A DNA stretch of 64,000 bases from an uncultured bacterium. Lineage in GTDB: Bacteria; Desulfobacterota; BSN033; UBA1163. Position numbers and translations under genes: made by a program. Shown here piece by piece: positions 9,676-18,420 of the stretch. Positions within the stretch are counted from its first letter, which is position 1; every line of letters begins with the position of its first letter. The stretch spans positions 75,038 through 139,037 of the forward strand of contig CALLAL010000016.1 of NCBI GenBank assembly GCA_938002255.1. Reading direction: 5' to 3'. The notes under the pieces are model-generated. The model searched no databases and was not told the origin of the DNA. It was given only the letters and a program-made list of their open reading frames with translations.

Positions 9676-10782
9676 ATGGACAAAAAGAGAATCGGTGTGT
9701 TGACAGGTGGGGGGGATTGTGCGGGGTTGAATCCAGCCATTAAATGGGTGGTGAAAACAGCGCTCGATGATAGACTGCGTAAATCCCGAAAGGTCGAACA
9801 CGAGGTAATTGGTATCCGGGATGGATGGAAAGGTCTGGTGGAGCCTGAGGTGGAGGGAGAACCTTCTGCCTCGAGGTTGTTCACCTTGACCGAAGAGATG
9901 GTCAGAACTTGGGACCGCTATGGCGGGACGAATCTTGGAACCTCAAGGACAAATCCCTACGACCCCAAAAAAGACCGTTCCCAGACCGTCCTTGAAAACC
10001 TAAAGCGTTTCAAAATTGATTACTTGATTGCCATTGGAGGCGAAGATACCCTTGGTGTGGCGAATAAACTTTATCGCGAAGGGGTCAAGATCGTCGGTAT
10101 ACCCAAAACCATTGATAAGGATCTTTCAGGGACCGATTATACACTTGGGTTTGAGACGGCTCTCAATGTGATCACCGAAGAGATTGACCGCCTTCGGACC
10201 ACTGCAGGGTCTCATCGTAGAATTTTTGTTGTGGAAACCATGGGGAGGCATGCCGGGTGGCTGGCACTTGAAGGAGGAGAGTCAAGCGGCGCTTACATCA
10301 TCCTCATTCCGGAATACGATTTTGATTTGAACAGGGTCAATGAATTGCTCATGGAAGGACGCCGGAAAGGGACACGTTACGAAATCATCGTTGTTGCCGA
10401 AGGAGCGAAACCATTGGGCGGGAGCGAGATTTTCAAAGAAAATGGCGTAGACAGTTTTGGGCATAAAGCCCTTGGAGGGGTGGGAGAGTTTTTAGCCAAT
10501 CAGATCACGGCATTGACGAAGATCGAGACACGAAGCATTGTTCTCAGTCATCTCCAGAGAGGAGGGGCTCCCTGCGCCTATGACCGCAGGATGGGGAGAT
10601 ATTTCGGAATCGCAGCCATTGATCTCATTGTCAAAGAGGATTTTGGAAAGATGGTGAGCTATCGAAATGGAACGATCACAGCAGTCCCCCTCGAAGAAGC
10701 GGTTGGCAAATTGAACCTTGTGGATGTCAAGACTCAGTATGACACAGAACGCTATAATGGCAGACGATGTATTTTATGCTAA
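9676..10782 (+). CDS. pfp: 6-phosphofructokinase, probably PPi-dependent
   Basis: PFK motifs GVLTGGGDCAGLN, GGEDTLGVA, IPKTIDKDL and MGRHAGW. The two specificity positions carry Asp/Glu (GGED) and Lys (PKTIDKD) as in PPi-PFKs, rather than the Gly/Gly of ATP-PFKs. Confidence 0.75.
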   Translation: MDKKRIGVLTGGGDCAGLNPAIKWVVKTALDDRLRKSRKVEHEVIGIRDGWKGLVEPEVEGEPSASRLFTLTEEMVRTWDRYGGTNLGTSRTNPYDPKKDRSQTVLENLKRFKIDYLIAIGGEDTLGVANKLYREGVKIVGIPKTIDKDLSGTDYTLGFETALNVITEEIDRLRTTAGSHRRIFVVETMGRHAGWLALEGGESSGAYIILIPEYDFDLNRVNELLMEGRRKGTRYEIIVVAEGAKPLGGSEIFKENGVDSFGHKALGGVGEFLANQITALTKIETRSIVLSHLQRGGAPCAYDRRMGRYFGIAAIDLIVKEDFGKMVSYRNGTITAVPLEEAVGKLNLVDVKTQYDTERYNGRRCILC

Positions 10783-10906
10783 CCCGTAATCTCCAGAAAC
10801 GGGAATCAAGGGTCTTTTGGCCAAGGCTCAAAAGGCGTTTTTATCTGTGAAGGGTTGCGGTCAAACGAACACGTTCCTCTGAGGGAGTTTGTAACATGCT
10901 CGGCGA

Positions 10907-11311
10907 TTAGGAAAGCTTTTGATGTTCCTTCTTGATGCAAAGGTCCATGAACACCTTAAGCCCTGCTTTTTGAGCTTTTTCACCTGCCTCGGGATGGATG
11001 ACTCCCTCTTGCATCCAGATGACCTTGGCTCCTCTCCGAATGGCTTCCTCCACCACCGGAGGGACTTCCTCAGATTTTCGGAAGATATCGACCACATCGA
11101 TCTGGATGGTATCGGGAATATCCATCAGACTGTGATAAACTTTTTCACCCAAGATCTCCTCCCCATCAGGGCGGACGGGGATGATCCGATATCCTTTGGA
11201 TTGGAGATAGGCAGCCACGATGTAACTGGGGCGGTCTTCTTTGGGGGAAAGGCCTACCACGGCAATGGTCTTACAACGCTTTAGTGTTTCCTTCAAGTCC
11301 TCGTCTTTCAT
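10907..11311 (-). CDS. CoA-binding domain protein (YccU/YneT family)
   Basis: TIAVVGLSPKEDRPSYIVAAYL...GYRIIPV...IDVVDIFRKSEEVPPVVEEAIRRGAKVIWMQ is typical of small CoA-binding (succinyl-CoA synthetase-like) proteins. Confidence 0.65.
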   Translation of the reverse strand: MKDEDLKETLKRCKTIAVVGLSPKEDRPSYIVAAYLQSKGYRIIPVRPDGEEILGEKVYHSLMDIPDTIQIDVVDIFRKSEEVPPVVEEAIRRGAKVIWMQEGVIHPEAGEKAQKAGLKVFMDLCIKKEHQKLS

Positions 11312-11344
11312 GTTTTCTCCTTTCTCTCTTGCTTCTTCCCTAAA

Positions 11345-13828
11345 TTAGAAACTGGGTGTTGGAGATTGGAAGGAGTCAATTAGTGTCCCTCCCCGCATTG
11401 AGGATCGATATGTCCCGTGATCCACTTCTTTAGGCGCTGTTCCCTCTACGAAAGCTTCCAGGATGGTATGAGGAGAACTACCATCAGCCGGTGTCCCTGT
11501 TTCGAGGTTCACCCTTATAAGCGTAATTCCCTCAGGCACCCTGAAGGGCTGAACGGGCGTATCTCGTAAAGCCTGTTCCATAAAGTAGATCCAGATGGGA
11601 AGGGCGGCTCTTGATCCTGTTTCGTTCTTACCCAGGGAGGTCTTATCATCGAAACCCACCCAAACACTCGCCAAAAGGGAAGGCGTGTACCCAATAAACC
11701 AGGCATCGACATAGTCGCTTGAAGTTCCAGTTTTTCCAGCGACCGGTCTTCCCAAAATCCTGGCTTTCTGTCCAGTGCCATGCTGAACCACCCCTTCCAG
11801 AAGATGGGTCATAATAAAGGCGTGCTGGGGAGAAAGGACTCTCTCTGGGGAGATAGAGAGTGAAGGAGAAGGCGCTTGAGCGATGGGTTCCACGTCTTCA
11901 TCTTCTTCAGGTTCCTCTTCCCATTCCAGATAAGGGGTATTCTCCTCAAGAACTTCGCCTCCCATCGTTACAATTTTTTTAATAAAGATCGGTTTGATCA
12001 ATTCTCCGCCATTGGCAAAGATTCCAAAGGAGGAGACCAATTCCAACATAGAAACGCCAGAGGTCCCGAGAGCGATCGATAGGTCTCTCTTAATCGGTGA
12101 TTCAATTCCCATTCTTTTTATGAATTTTAGAGCATATCCCACACCAATCTCTTCAAGGATCTTAACGGTGACGACATTTCTGGAATGAGCGAGGGCATTC
12201 CGAAAGGTAATCGGTCCCATGAAATTCTTATCGTAATTTTTAGGCGCCCAGTAATGTCCTCCATCGTAATCCGCATATTCCACAGGGGAGTCCATCAGAA
12301 GAGTTGACGGGGTAAATCCTTTTTCGAGGGCAGCAGCGTAGATGAGCGGTTTAAAAGCCGACCCCGGTTGCCTCCGTGAGTAAACAGCACGATTAAATTG
12401 GCTTTCAGAGAAATCAAGTCCACCCACCATGGCTTTAATATATCCTGTGGTTGGATCGGAGCAGACCAGAGCACCCTGAACCAAAGGTTGCTGTTCCAGG
12501 GAGAAGACGAAGGGCTGGTCTTTTTTGGCTAACTCCCTGACCTTTACCTGAACCACATCTCCTGGCTTGAGAAGGTCGGAGGGCGATTTGATTGGCCCGG
12601 GCTTGAAGTGAGAGGTGGGTTTAATATGGAGGGCCCAAGTCATTTCCTGGTAAGGAAGTATTCCCCTGCGATCTTCCACCCAAATCGTGTAGAATTTCTT
12701 GGAATCATCTTTTGAAAGAATGACTCCTTCCACAATCTCGTTTAGGGATAGGGTCCGGAGTTGGCTCCTTTTGGTCCGGATCAGATCTTTAACTTCTTCA
12801 GGAGATAAGGTTTGAATCGGGCCTCGAAACCCTTGCCTTTTATCCAATTCCCTCAAGCCCATCTCAATGGCTCTCTGAGCTGCCTTTTGGAGGTTGAGGT
12901 CGAGGGTGGTGTAGATTCTCAACCCTTCTTTATAGAGTCTTTCCTTTCCATACTTTTTCTCAACATATTGACGAATGAACTCCGTAAAATAAGGGGCTTT
13001 ACTGAAAAAGGCATATTCCTTGGGTTGAATCTTTAGGGGGGTCTGCAGAGCTTTTTCTTTCTGACTCTGTGTAATAAATCCCAATTCTACCATTCGGGTC
13101 AGAACATAGTTCTGACGTTCTTTGGCTCGAGGAAGATTATGGACAGGGGAATAACGACTGGGGGCTTTGGTTAAGCCAGCCAGCAGAGCCATTTCCGAAA
13201 GGTTCAGCTGTTCCACTCGTTTGTTGAAATAGCTCTCCGCCGCGGCTTCGATGCCATAAGCACCATTTCCAAGATAGATATGGTTAAGGTAGAGGGTGAG
13301 GATTTCCTCTTTCGTGAAGTTTCTTTCAAGAGCAAAGGCATAGGCCACTTCTCGTAATTTTCTAAGGAAACTTCGCTTTGGAGTGAGGAAGAACGTTTTG
13401 GTCACCTGTTGGGTGATCGTACTTCCTCCCTGGACAATCTTACCAGCAATCAAATTTTTAAGCATGGCACGGACGATTCCCTTATAATCGACCCCGCTGT
13501 GCTGAAAGAAATCTGCATCCTCTGCCGCAAGAAAGGCCTCAATGAGTTTTTGGGGGATTTTTTCATAGGCGATAGGAATTCGATTCTCCAGCAGATATTT
13601 CCCTACCACCTCATCTTCTTCAGAATAGACGATCGAATAAGCATTAGCGCCCCTTTCCTTCAGGGAGGTAAAATCTGGGAGCTGTCTGGAGTAATAGAAA
13701 AAGAGAAGAGTTCCCAATAAGGCAAGAAGGAAGGCGGACGAGATAAAAGCAAGGATGAGATAAAAAGTGAGTCCCCTTCGGACCTTCTTCTTTCTCGGAC
13801 GTTTCGATTTCTGTCTTCTCTTATCCAT
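11345..13828 (-). CDS. mrcA: Class A penicillin-binding protein 1A (transglycosylase/transpeptidase)
   Basis: N-terminal TM, GT51 motifs (EDADFFQH, GGSTITQQVTK) and transpeptidase SxxK (GSAFKP). 827 aa. Confidence 0.85.
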   Translation of the reverse strand: MDKRRQKSKRPRKKKVRRGLTFYLILAFISSAFLLALLGTLLFFYYSRQLPDFTSLKERGANAYSIVYSEEDEVVGKYLLENRIPIAYEKIPQKLIEAFLAAEDADFFQHSGVDYKGIVRAMLKNLIAGKIVQGGSTITQQVTKTFFLTPKRSFLRKLREVAYAFALERNFTKEEILTLYLNHIYLGNGAYGIEAAAESYFNKRVEQLNLSEMALLAGLTKAPSRYSPVHNLPRAKERQNYVLTRMVELGFITQSQKEKALQTPLKIQPKEYAFFSKAPYFTEFIRQYVEKKYGKERLYKEGLRIYTTLDLNLQKAAQRAIEMGLRELDKRQGFRGPIQTLSPEEVKDLIRTKRSQLRTLSLNEIVEGVILSKDDSKKFYTIWVEDRRGILPYQEMTWALHIKPTSHFKPGPIKSPSDLLKPGDVVQVKVRELAKKDQPFVFSLEQQPLVQGALVCSDPTTGYIKAMVGGLDFSESQFNRAVYSRRQPGSAFKPLIYAAALEKGFTPSTLLMDSPVEYADYDGGHYWAPKNYDKNFMGPITFRNALAHSRNVVTVKILEEIGVGYALKFIKRMGIESPIKRDLSIALGTSGVSMLELVSSFGIFANGGELIKPIFIKKIVTMGGEVLEENTPYLEWEEEPEEDEDVEPIAQAPSPSLSISPERVLSPQHAFIMTHLLEGVVQHGTGQKARILGRPVAGKTGTSSDYVDAWFIGYTPSLLASVWVGFDDKTSLGKNETGSRAALPIWIYFMEQALRDTPVQPFRVPEGITLIRVNLETGTPADGSSPHTILEAFVEGTAPKEVDHGTYRSSMRGGTLIDSFQSPTPSF

Positions 13829-13905
13829 AAGGAATGCTGGAGGGAATCAAAAAGGGAAAATCCCTTTCCCACAGGATTTTCCCTTTTTGGAAGAAGGTTG
13901 GATGA

Positions 13906-14196
13906 CTATTTCTTCTTTTTTGCCATTTGTGCCTTCAGATCTTCAACCTGTTTTTTTAAAGCCTCGTTTTCCGCAGTCAGAGAAGTGATCGTGGCTTCTT
14001 TTTCGGCGGCTTTCTGAATCTCTTCTTTCAATTTTTGGACCTCAAGTTTCAGTTTATCATTATCTGATTTGAGGTTAGCGTTTTCTGCTTTCAATTTTTC
14101 ATTTTCGGCTTTGATGTCCGCTCCGCATCCAGTAAGGGCTGAGACAAGGATACCGATTAGAAATAGCGAAAGCATGACAGAGAGAGCCCTCTTCAT
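13906..14196 (-). CDS. Small coiled-coil lipoprotein
   Basis: Signal peptide with lipobox LTGC followed by a Lys/Glu-rich coiled coil (ENEKLKAENANLKSDNDKLKLEVQKLKEEIQ) and a poly-K C-terminus. Confidence 0.5.
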   Translation of the reverse strand: MKRALSVMLSLFLIGILVSALTGCGADIKAENEKLKAENANLKSDNDKLKLEVQKLKEEIQKAAEKEATITSLTAENEALKKQVEDLKAQMAKKKK

Positions 14197-14281
14197 TGTT
14201 GAATCACCTCCTTTTCGATAGTTTCTTATTGCCGATTATAATTCCCTCCCACTTAAAAATCAAATCTAATTCAATAGGCCA

Positions 14282-14507
14282 GTAACCCCTCAGTGATGGG
14301 GTGTTTTCGGTTTAAAAGGGTTGGAACGTTCCCCCTCCAAAACCTTGAATAGCGGTTATAAAAGGTTACCCCCATCGGGGCCCTCATGCCCTTTGAATCG
14401 GATTTTTTTGAATCAGATGTGGTCGTTTTGACGAACAGAGGTTTCGCTTCAAGGTTTTTCCGAAGCAACCTCCCAACCCTTTTTCATTTCTTTAATTGAG
14501 GGGTTAG
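14282..14507 (+). mobile_element. MITE-like non-coding repeat, copy 2 (degenerate right TIR, no clear TSD)
   Basis: GTAACCCCTCAGT ... AATTGAGGGGTTAG. Collinear with copies 1 and 3 over about 225 bp. ORF-track ORF 14271..14468 lies inside it and is judged spurious. Confidence 0.65.
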
Positions 14508-14570
14508 ACGTAAAATCATTTCTTCCTTGACGAAAACCCTCTTTTTTTATAGAGTCGGACAGGGAAAGAG

Positions 14571-16112
14571 GTGAAGGAAATGGATGTCGGGAAAATTCTC
14601 ACCTTAACCGCTCGCAAGTTTCCCAATCGAGTCGCCCTCATCTGCGAAGATAAACGAATGACCTATCGAGAATACGAGGATCGGGTCAATCGACTGGCCA
14701 ATGGGCTTCTCCAGCTCGGTCTGAAAAAGGGGGACAGGGTGGCTGCTCTCCTTTTCAATTCCATCCCCATGGTTGAGATGTTCTTCGCCTGTGCGAAGAC
14801 CGGCGGCGTCTTTACGCCCATCAATTTCCGGTTTACCGCGGAGGAGGTTTTTTATATTCTCGACCATTCCGACGCACGGTTTTTTGTCTATGGAGAGGAG
14901 TTCTCAGGGCTTGTTGAGAAAGTCCGGCCGAAACTGACCAAAGTGGAATTCTCTATTTCCTTTAATAATGAAACCGCTCCTCCAATCTTACACTACGAAA
15001 CCTTTCTGGAAGAATCTCCAGCTCAGGAACCCGAGATCTTTCTATCGGAAAATGATGAATGCCAGTTGATGTATACCTCCGGAACCACTGGAAAACCAAA
15101 AGGGGCGATTCTCACGCATGAGAACCTCCTCTGGAATCTTTTTAATACCCTTCTGGGGAGGGAGGAGCAAGAGGGCGAGATCTCCATTGTCATCGGCCCC
15201 CTTTATCACACAGCCGCACTCAATAACCATTTCCTCACCCGCGTGGCCATGGCAGGAACGAGCATCCTCGTCAAACAATTCGACCCGATAAAGGTGATGG
15301 AAATCATCGAAAAGGAGAGAGCCACCGTCATTTCGGGTGCACCTGCTGCCTACCACCTCCTGTTCTCCCTTCCTGAAGGACAATATGATACCCGGTCCAT
15401 CACCAAATGCACGACAGGCGCTTCGATCCTCCCGAACGAGACAAAATTGCGGTTGGCTAAACTCTTCCCCAATCTCAAGGGCATTTATGATGTGTATGGT
15501 TGCACGGAGGCGACCCCTTCAATTGCCATCCTCAAAGCAAAGGACTCCCTGAAGAAGAAGGAATGTGTGGGAGCGGCAGTTCCATTCCTTGAAGTGAGGA
15601 TTGTGGATGATCAGGGTCAGGACCTTCCCGCCGGAGAGGTGGGAGAGGTGATCTGCCGGGGGCCCAATGTGATGAAGGGATACTATAAGGATGAGGAAGC
15701 CACCCGGGAGGCACTCCAGGGCGGATGGCTTCACACAGGAGATCTGGCCAGGATGGATGAGGAGGGGTTTATTTACATCGTTGACCGGAAGAAGGATATG
15801 ATTGTCAGCGGTGGAGAGAATATCTATCCCCGCGAGATTGAAGAGATCCTTTACTGCCATCCCAAGATCGAGGATGCCGCTATCATTGGCGTTCCGGATC
15901 CCCTCTGGGGAGAGTCGGTCAGGGCTGTCATCGTCCTTAAAAAAGGGGAGTCGATGACCGAGGAGGAGGTGATCGAATACTGCAAAAGTCATCTTGCCAG
16001 TTACAAAAAGCCAAAGTCAGTTGAATTTGTGGAGAGCCTTCCGAGAAATCCCTCAGGAAAGGTTCTAAAGACCTTATTAAGACAAAGATATCTAAAATTG
16101 ATTCCATCTTAG
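14571..16112 (+). CDS. Acyl-CoA synthetase / AMP-dependent ligase
   Basis: AMP-binding motif YTSGTTGKPKGAILTHENL, GEVGEVICRGPNVMKGY, and C-terminal PSGKVLK lysine motif. Confidence 0.8.
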   Translation: MKEMDVGKILTLTARKFPNRVALICEDKRMTYREYEDRVNRLANGLLQLGLKKGDRVAALLFNSIPMVEMFFACAKTGGVFTPINFRFTAEEVFYILDHSDARFFVYGEEFSGLVEKVRPKLTKVEFSISFNNETAPPILHYETFLEESPAQEPEIFLSENDECQLMYTSGTTGKPKGAILTHENLLWNLFNTLLGREEQEGEISIVIGPLYHTAALNNHFLTRVAMAGTSILVKQFDPIKVMEIIEKERATVISGAPAAYHLLFSLPEGQYDTRSITKCTTGASILPNETKLRLAKLFPNLKGIYDVYGCTEATPSIAILKAKDSLKKKECVGAAVPFLEVRIVDDQGQDLPAGEVGEVICRGPNVMKGYYKDEEATREALQGGWLHTGDLARMDEEGFIYIVDRKKDMIVSGGENIYPREIEEILYCHPKIEDAAIIGVPDPLWGESVRAVIVLKKGESMTEEEVIEYCKSHLASYKKPKSVEFVESLPRNPSGKVLKTLLRQRYLKLIPS

Positions 16113-16200
16113 GCAAACTTGGATATGCCGCAAGTTTCGTCGAGGTTCTGAAAGTTACGGAACGTTTTTTAAGACCTTTCATTTTAAAGGATAAGAACAG

Positions 16201-17295
16201 ATGGAAACATCTCGAGCAATGGTTCTTGAAGCGCCAGGAAGAATGGTTTTGAAGGAGTTTCCAATCCCAAAGATCGGGCCGGAGGAAGGACTCCTCAAAG
16301 TCGACATGGTCGGAGTCTGTGGATCGGATATAGGCATGTATCGAGGAAAGGCGACTCGGGCTCCCCGACCCTATCCCATCATTATGGGCCATGAGATCTT
16401 CGGGACGATTATTAAAGTTGGAGGAGCGGCAGCGAAGAGATGGAACGTTAAAGAGGGGGACCGGACGATCGTTGAATATGCCTTCGGATGTGGAGAGTGT
16501 TGTTATTGTAAGGAAGGGGATTACATTCACTGTGAAAAGATGTTGACCTATGGGTCGATGATCTCTTGTAAAGATCCGCCCCACCTCTGGGGGGCTTATA
16601 GCGAATATCTCTACCTCCCTCCGAGAGCGAGGATTCATCAGGTCTCTCGGAGCCTCAAGCCTGAAGTTGGAATTCTGATCTGTGCTGTGCTTGGGAATGC
16701 AATCCGCTGGCTTCAGATAGTGGGTGGATTAAAAAAGGGGGATATAGTTGTCATTGAAGGACCGGGTCAGCAGGGGCTTGCCGGCATCGTGGTAGCGAAA
16801 GAAGCCGGGGCGGAAAAAGTAATTGTCACAGGAACGTCTAAAGACAAGGTCCGATTCGAAATGGCAAAGATCTTAGGAGCGGATGAGGTGATTGATGTGG
16901 AGAAAGCCGATCCCATCAGAAGGATCAAGGAAATGACCAGAGGGAGGATGGCTGACATGGTGATGGATGTAACCGGTAGTGTGAAAGGGGCAATTCACGC
17001 CATCGAACTGGTTAAGAAGAAGGGCACAGTGATTCTTCCCGGACTTTACGGTATGGATAGAGAAGTTCCCCTCATCCTCGACAAGATCGTGTACAAGGAG
17101 GTGAGAATACAGGGAGTCTTTAGCCATGATTCCCAATCTGTCCTTCCTGCAATCCGACTGGCAGAAACGGCAACTTATCCTCTTGAAAAGATGGTCACAC
17201 ACCGGTTTTCTCTCGAGGAAGCAGAGAAAGCGATCCAAGTAGCGGGTGGGGAGATGGAGGGAGAGGACCCGATTAAAGTGGTGATTGTTCCATAG
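16201..17295 (+). CDS. Zinc-dependent alcohol/polyol dehydrogenase (MDR family)
   Basis: GVCGSDIGMY, GHEIFG, structural-zinc motif GCGECCYCKEGDYIHC, and GxGxxG Rossmann motif. Confidence 0.75.
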   Translation: METSRAMVLEAPGRMVLKEFPIPKIGPEEGLLKVDMVGVCGSDIGMYRGKATRAPRPYPIIMGHEIFGTIIKVGGAAAKRWNVKEGDRTIVEYAFGCGECCYCKEGDYIHCEKMLTYGSMISCKDPPHLWGAYSEYLYLPPRARIHQVSRSLKPEVGILICAVLGNAIRWLQIVGGLKKGDIVVIEGPGQQGLAGIVVAKEAGAEKVIVTGTSKDKVRFEMAKILGADEVIDVEKADPIRRIKEMTRGRMADMVMDVTGSVKGAIHAIELVKKKGTVILPGLYGMDREVPLILDKIVYKEVRIQGVFSHDSQSVLPAIRLAETATYPLEKMVTHRFSLEEAEKAIQVAGGEMEGEDPIKVVIVP

Positions 17296-17367
17296 GGGTC
17301 CCCAAAAACTTCTTGACTTGTATGACGATTTATTGCTATTGAGAAACCACTCATTCCATTTAGGAGG

Positions 17368-18341
17368 GTGACTATGAAATCGAAAAAATTAATTGGGCTG
17401 GGGTTTGGATTCATCCTTTTTTTTATGTTTCCTTTTATTGCTGCTGGTCAGGAGAAAGTGGATCTTAAGATGATGACCGGACCTGCAGGAGGCTCATGGA
17501 TACCCTTAGGGGGTGCCATTGCTGAACTCATCCAGAAGAATATACCCGGAACGACGGTTTCCGTTTCACCAGGAGGAGGAATTGCCAATGTGGTTGGTGT
17601 GGAAGAGGGCAAAGCGGATATTGGCTTTGGGAACTCCTCATCGAGCGTCGATGGAGTGGCAGGAAGAGCTCCGTTTAAGGCTCCCACCAAAAATGTAATG
17701 CAATTAGCCAACCTCTATCCCCAATATTTTCAGATGGTTGTGCTGGAGGACTCAGGGATCAAATCGCCTGCAGATCTTAAGGGGAAAGGGATCTGCCCAG
17801 GCCCTAAAGGCCATACAGGTGAACTTCTGGCTCAACAGGTTATTCAGATCTATGGTCTTTCTTATTTTCTTATAAGGATATGAGCAAGGTCAACCATGTG
17901 AGTTATTCGGATGCTGTCTCTTTGATGAAAGATGGCCATGCCCAGGGGTACCTCCTGGGAACGACCATCCCTGCCTCTTCCATCCTCGATCTGGCAACAA
18001 CCAAGAAGATCCGACTTCTCTCTCTTCCTGAAGATAAGATCCAGGAACTCCAGAAGATGAATGCAGGATATTTGAGACGGGTCATTCCTGCCGGTACCTA
18101 TCCGGGAGTCAATTATGATGTCGTTGGAGTAGGCTATTTCACTCACCTGGTCATCAGCGCTAAGCTCCCAGAGCCACTTGTTTACAAAATTACAAAAGTT
18201 CTTTCAGAGAATGTGGACAGGCTGGGAGATGTGGTGAAGGATATGAAAGGGGTGACAGTAAAAGATCTTGCTCTCGACATCGGTGTTCCTTTTCATCCAG
18301 GTGCACTCAAATATTATAAAGAAAAGGGCGTTGCCAAATAA
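17368..18341 (+). pseudogene. TRAP transporter solute receptor, TAXI family, disrupted by an 8-bp tandem duplication (frameshift)
   Basis: ORFs 17368..17883 and 17880..18341 are the N- and C-terminal halves of one TAXI receptor. A perfect duplication TTTCTTAT/TTTCTTAT at 17858-17873 shifts the frame, and removing one copy restores ...IYGLSYKDMSKVNHVSY.... Confidence 0.6.
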
Positions 18342-18384
18342 AGGCTTTTCAATTCTTTCTTCTTATCCCATCAGAGGTGTGCGA

Positions 18385-18414
18385 GGCGGGAAGGGCTACA
18401 TTCCCGCCTTTTCT
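18385..18414 (+). terminator. Intergenic hairpin plus T-tract (attenuator/terminator-like) between TAXI receptor and TRAP permease
   Basis: GGCGGGAA-gggctaca-TTCCCGCC followed by TTTTCT. Confidence 0.35.
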
Positions 18415-18420
18415 GTATAG

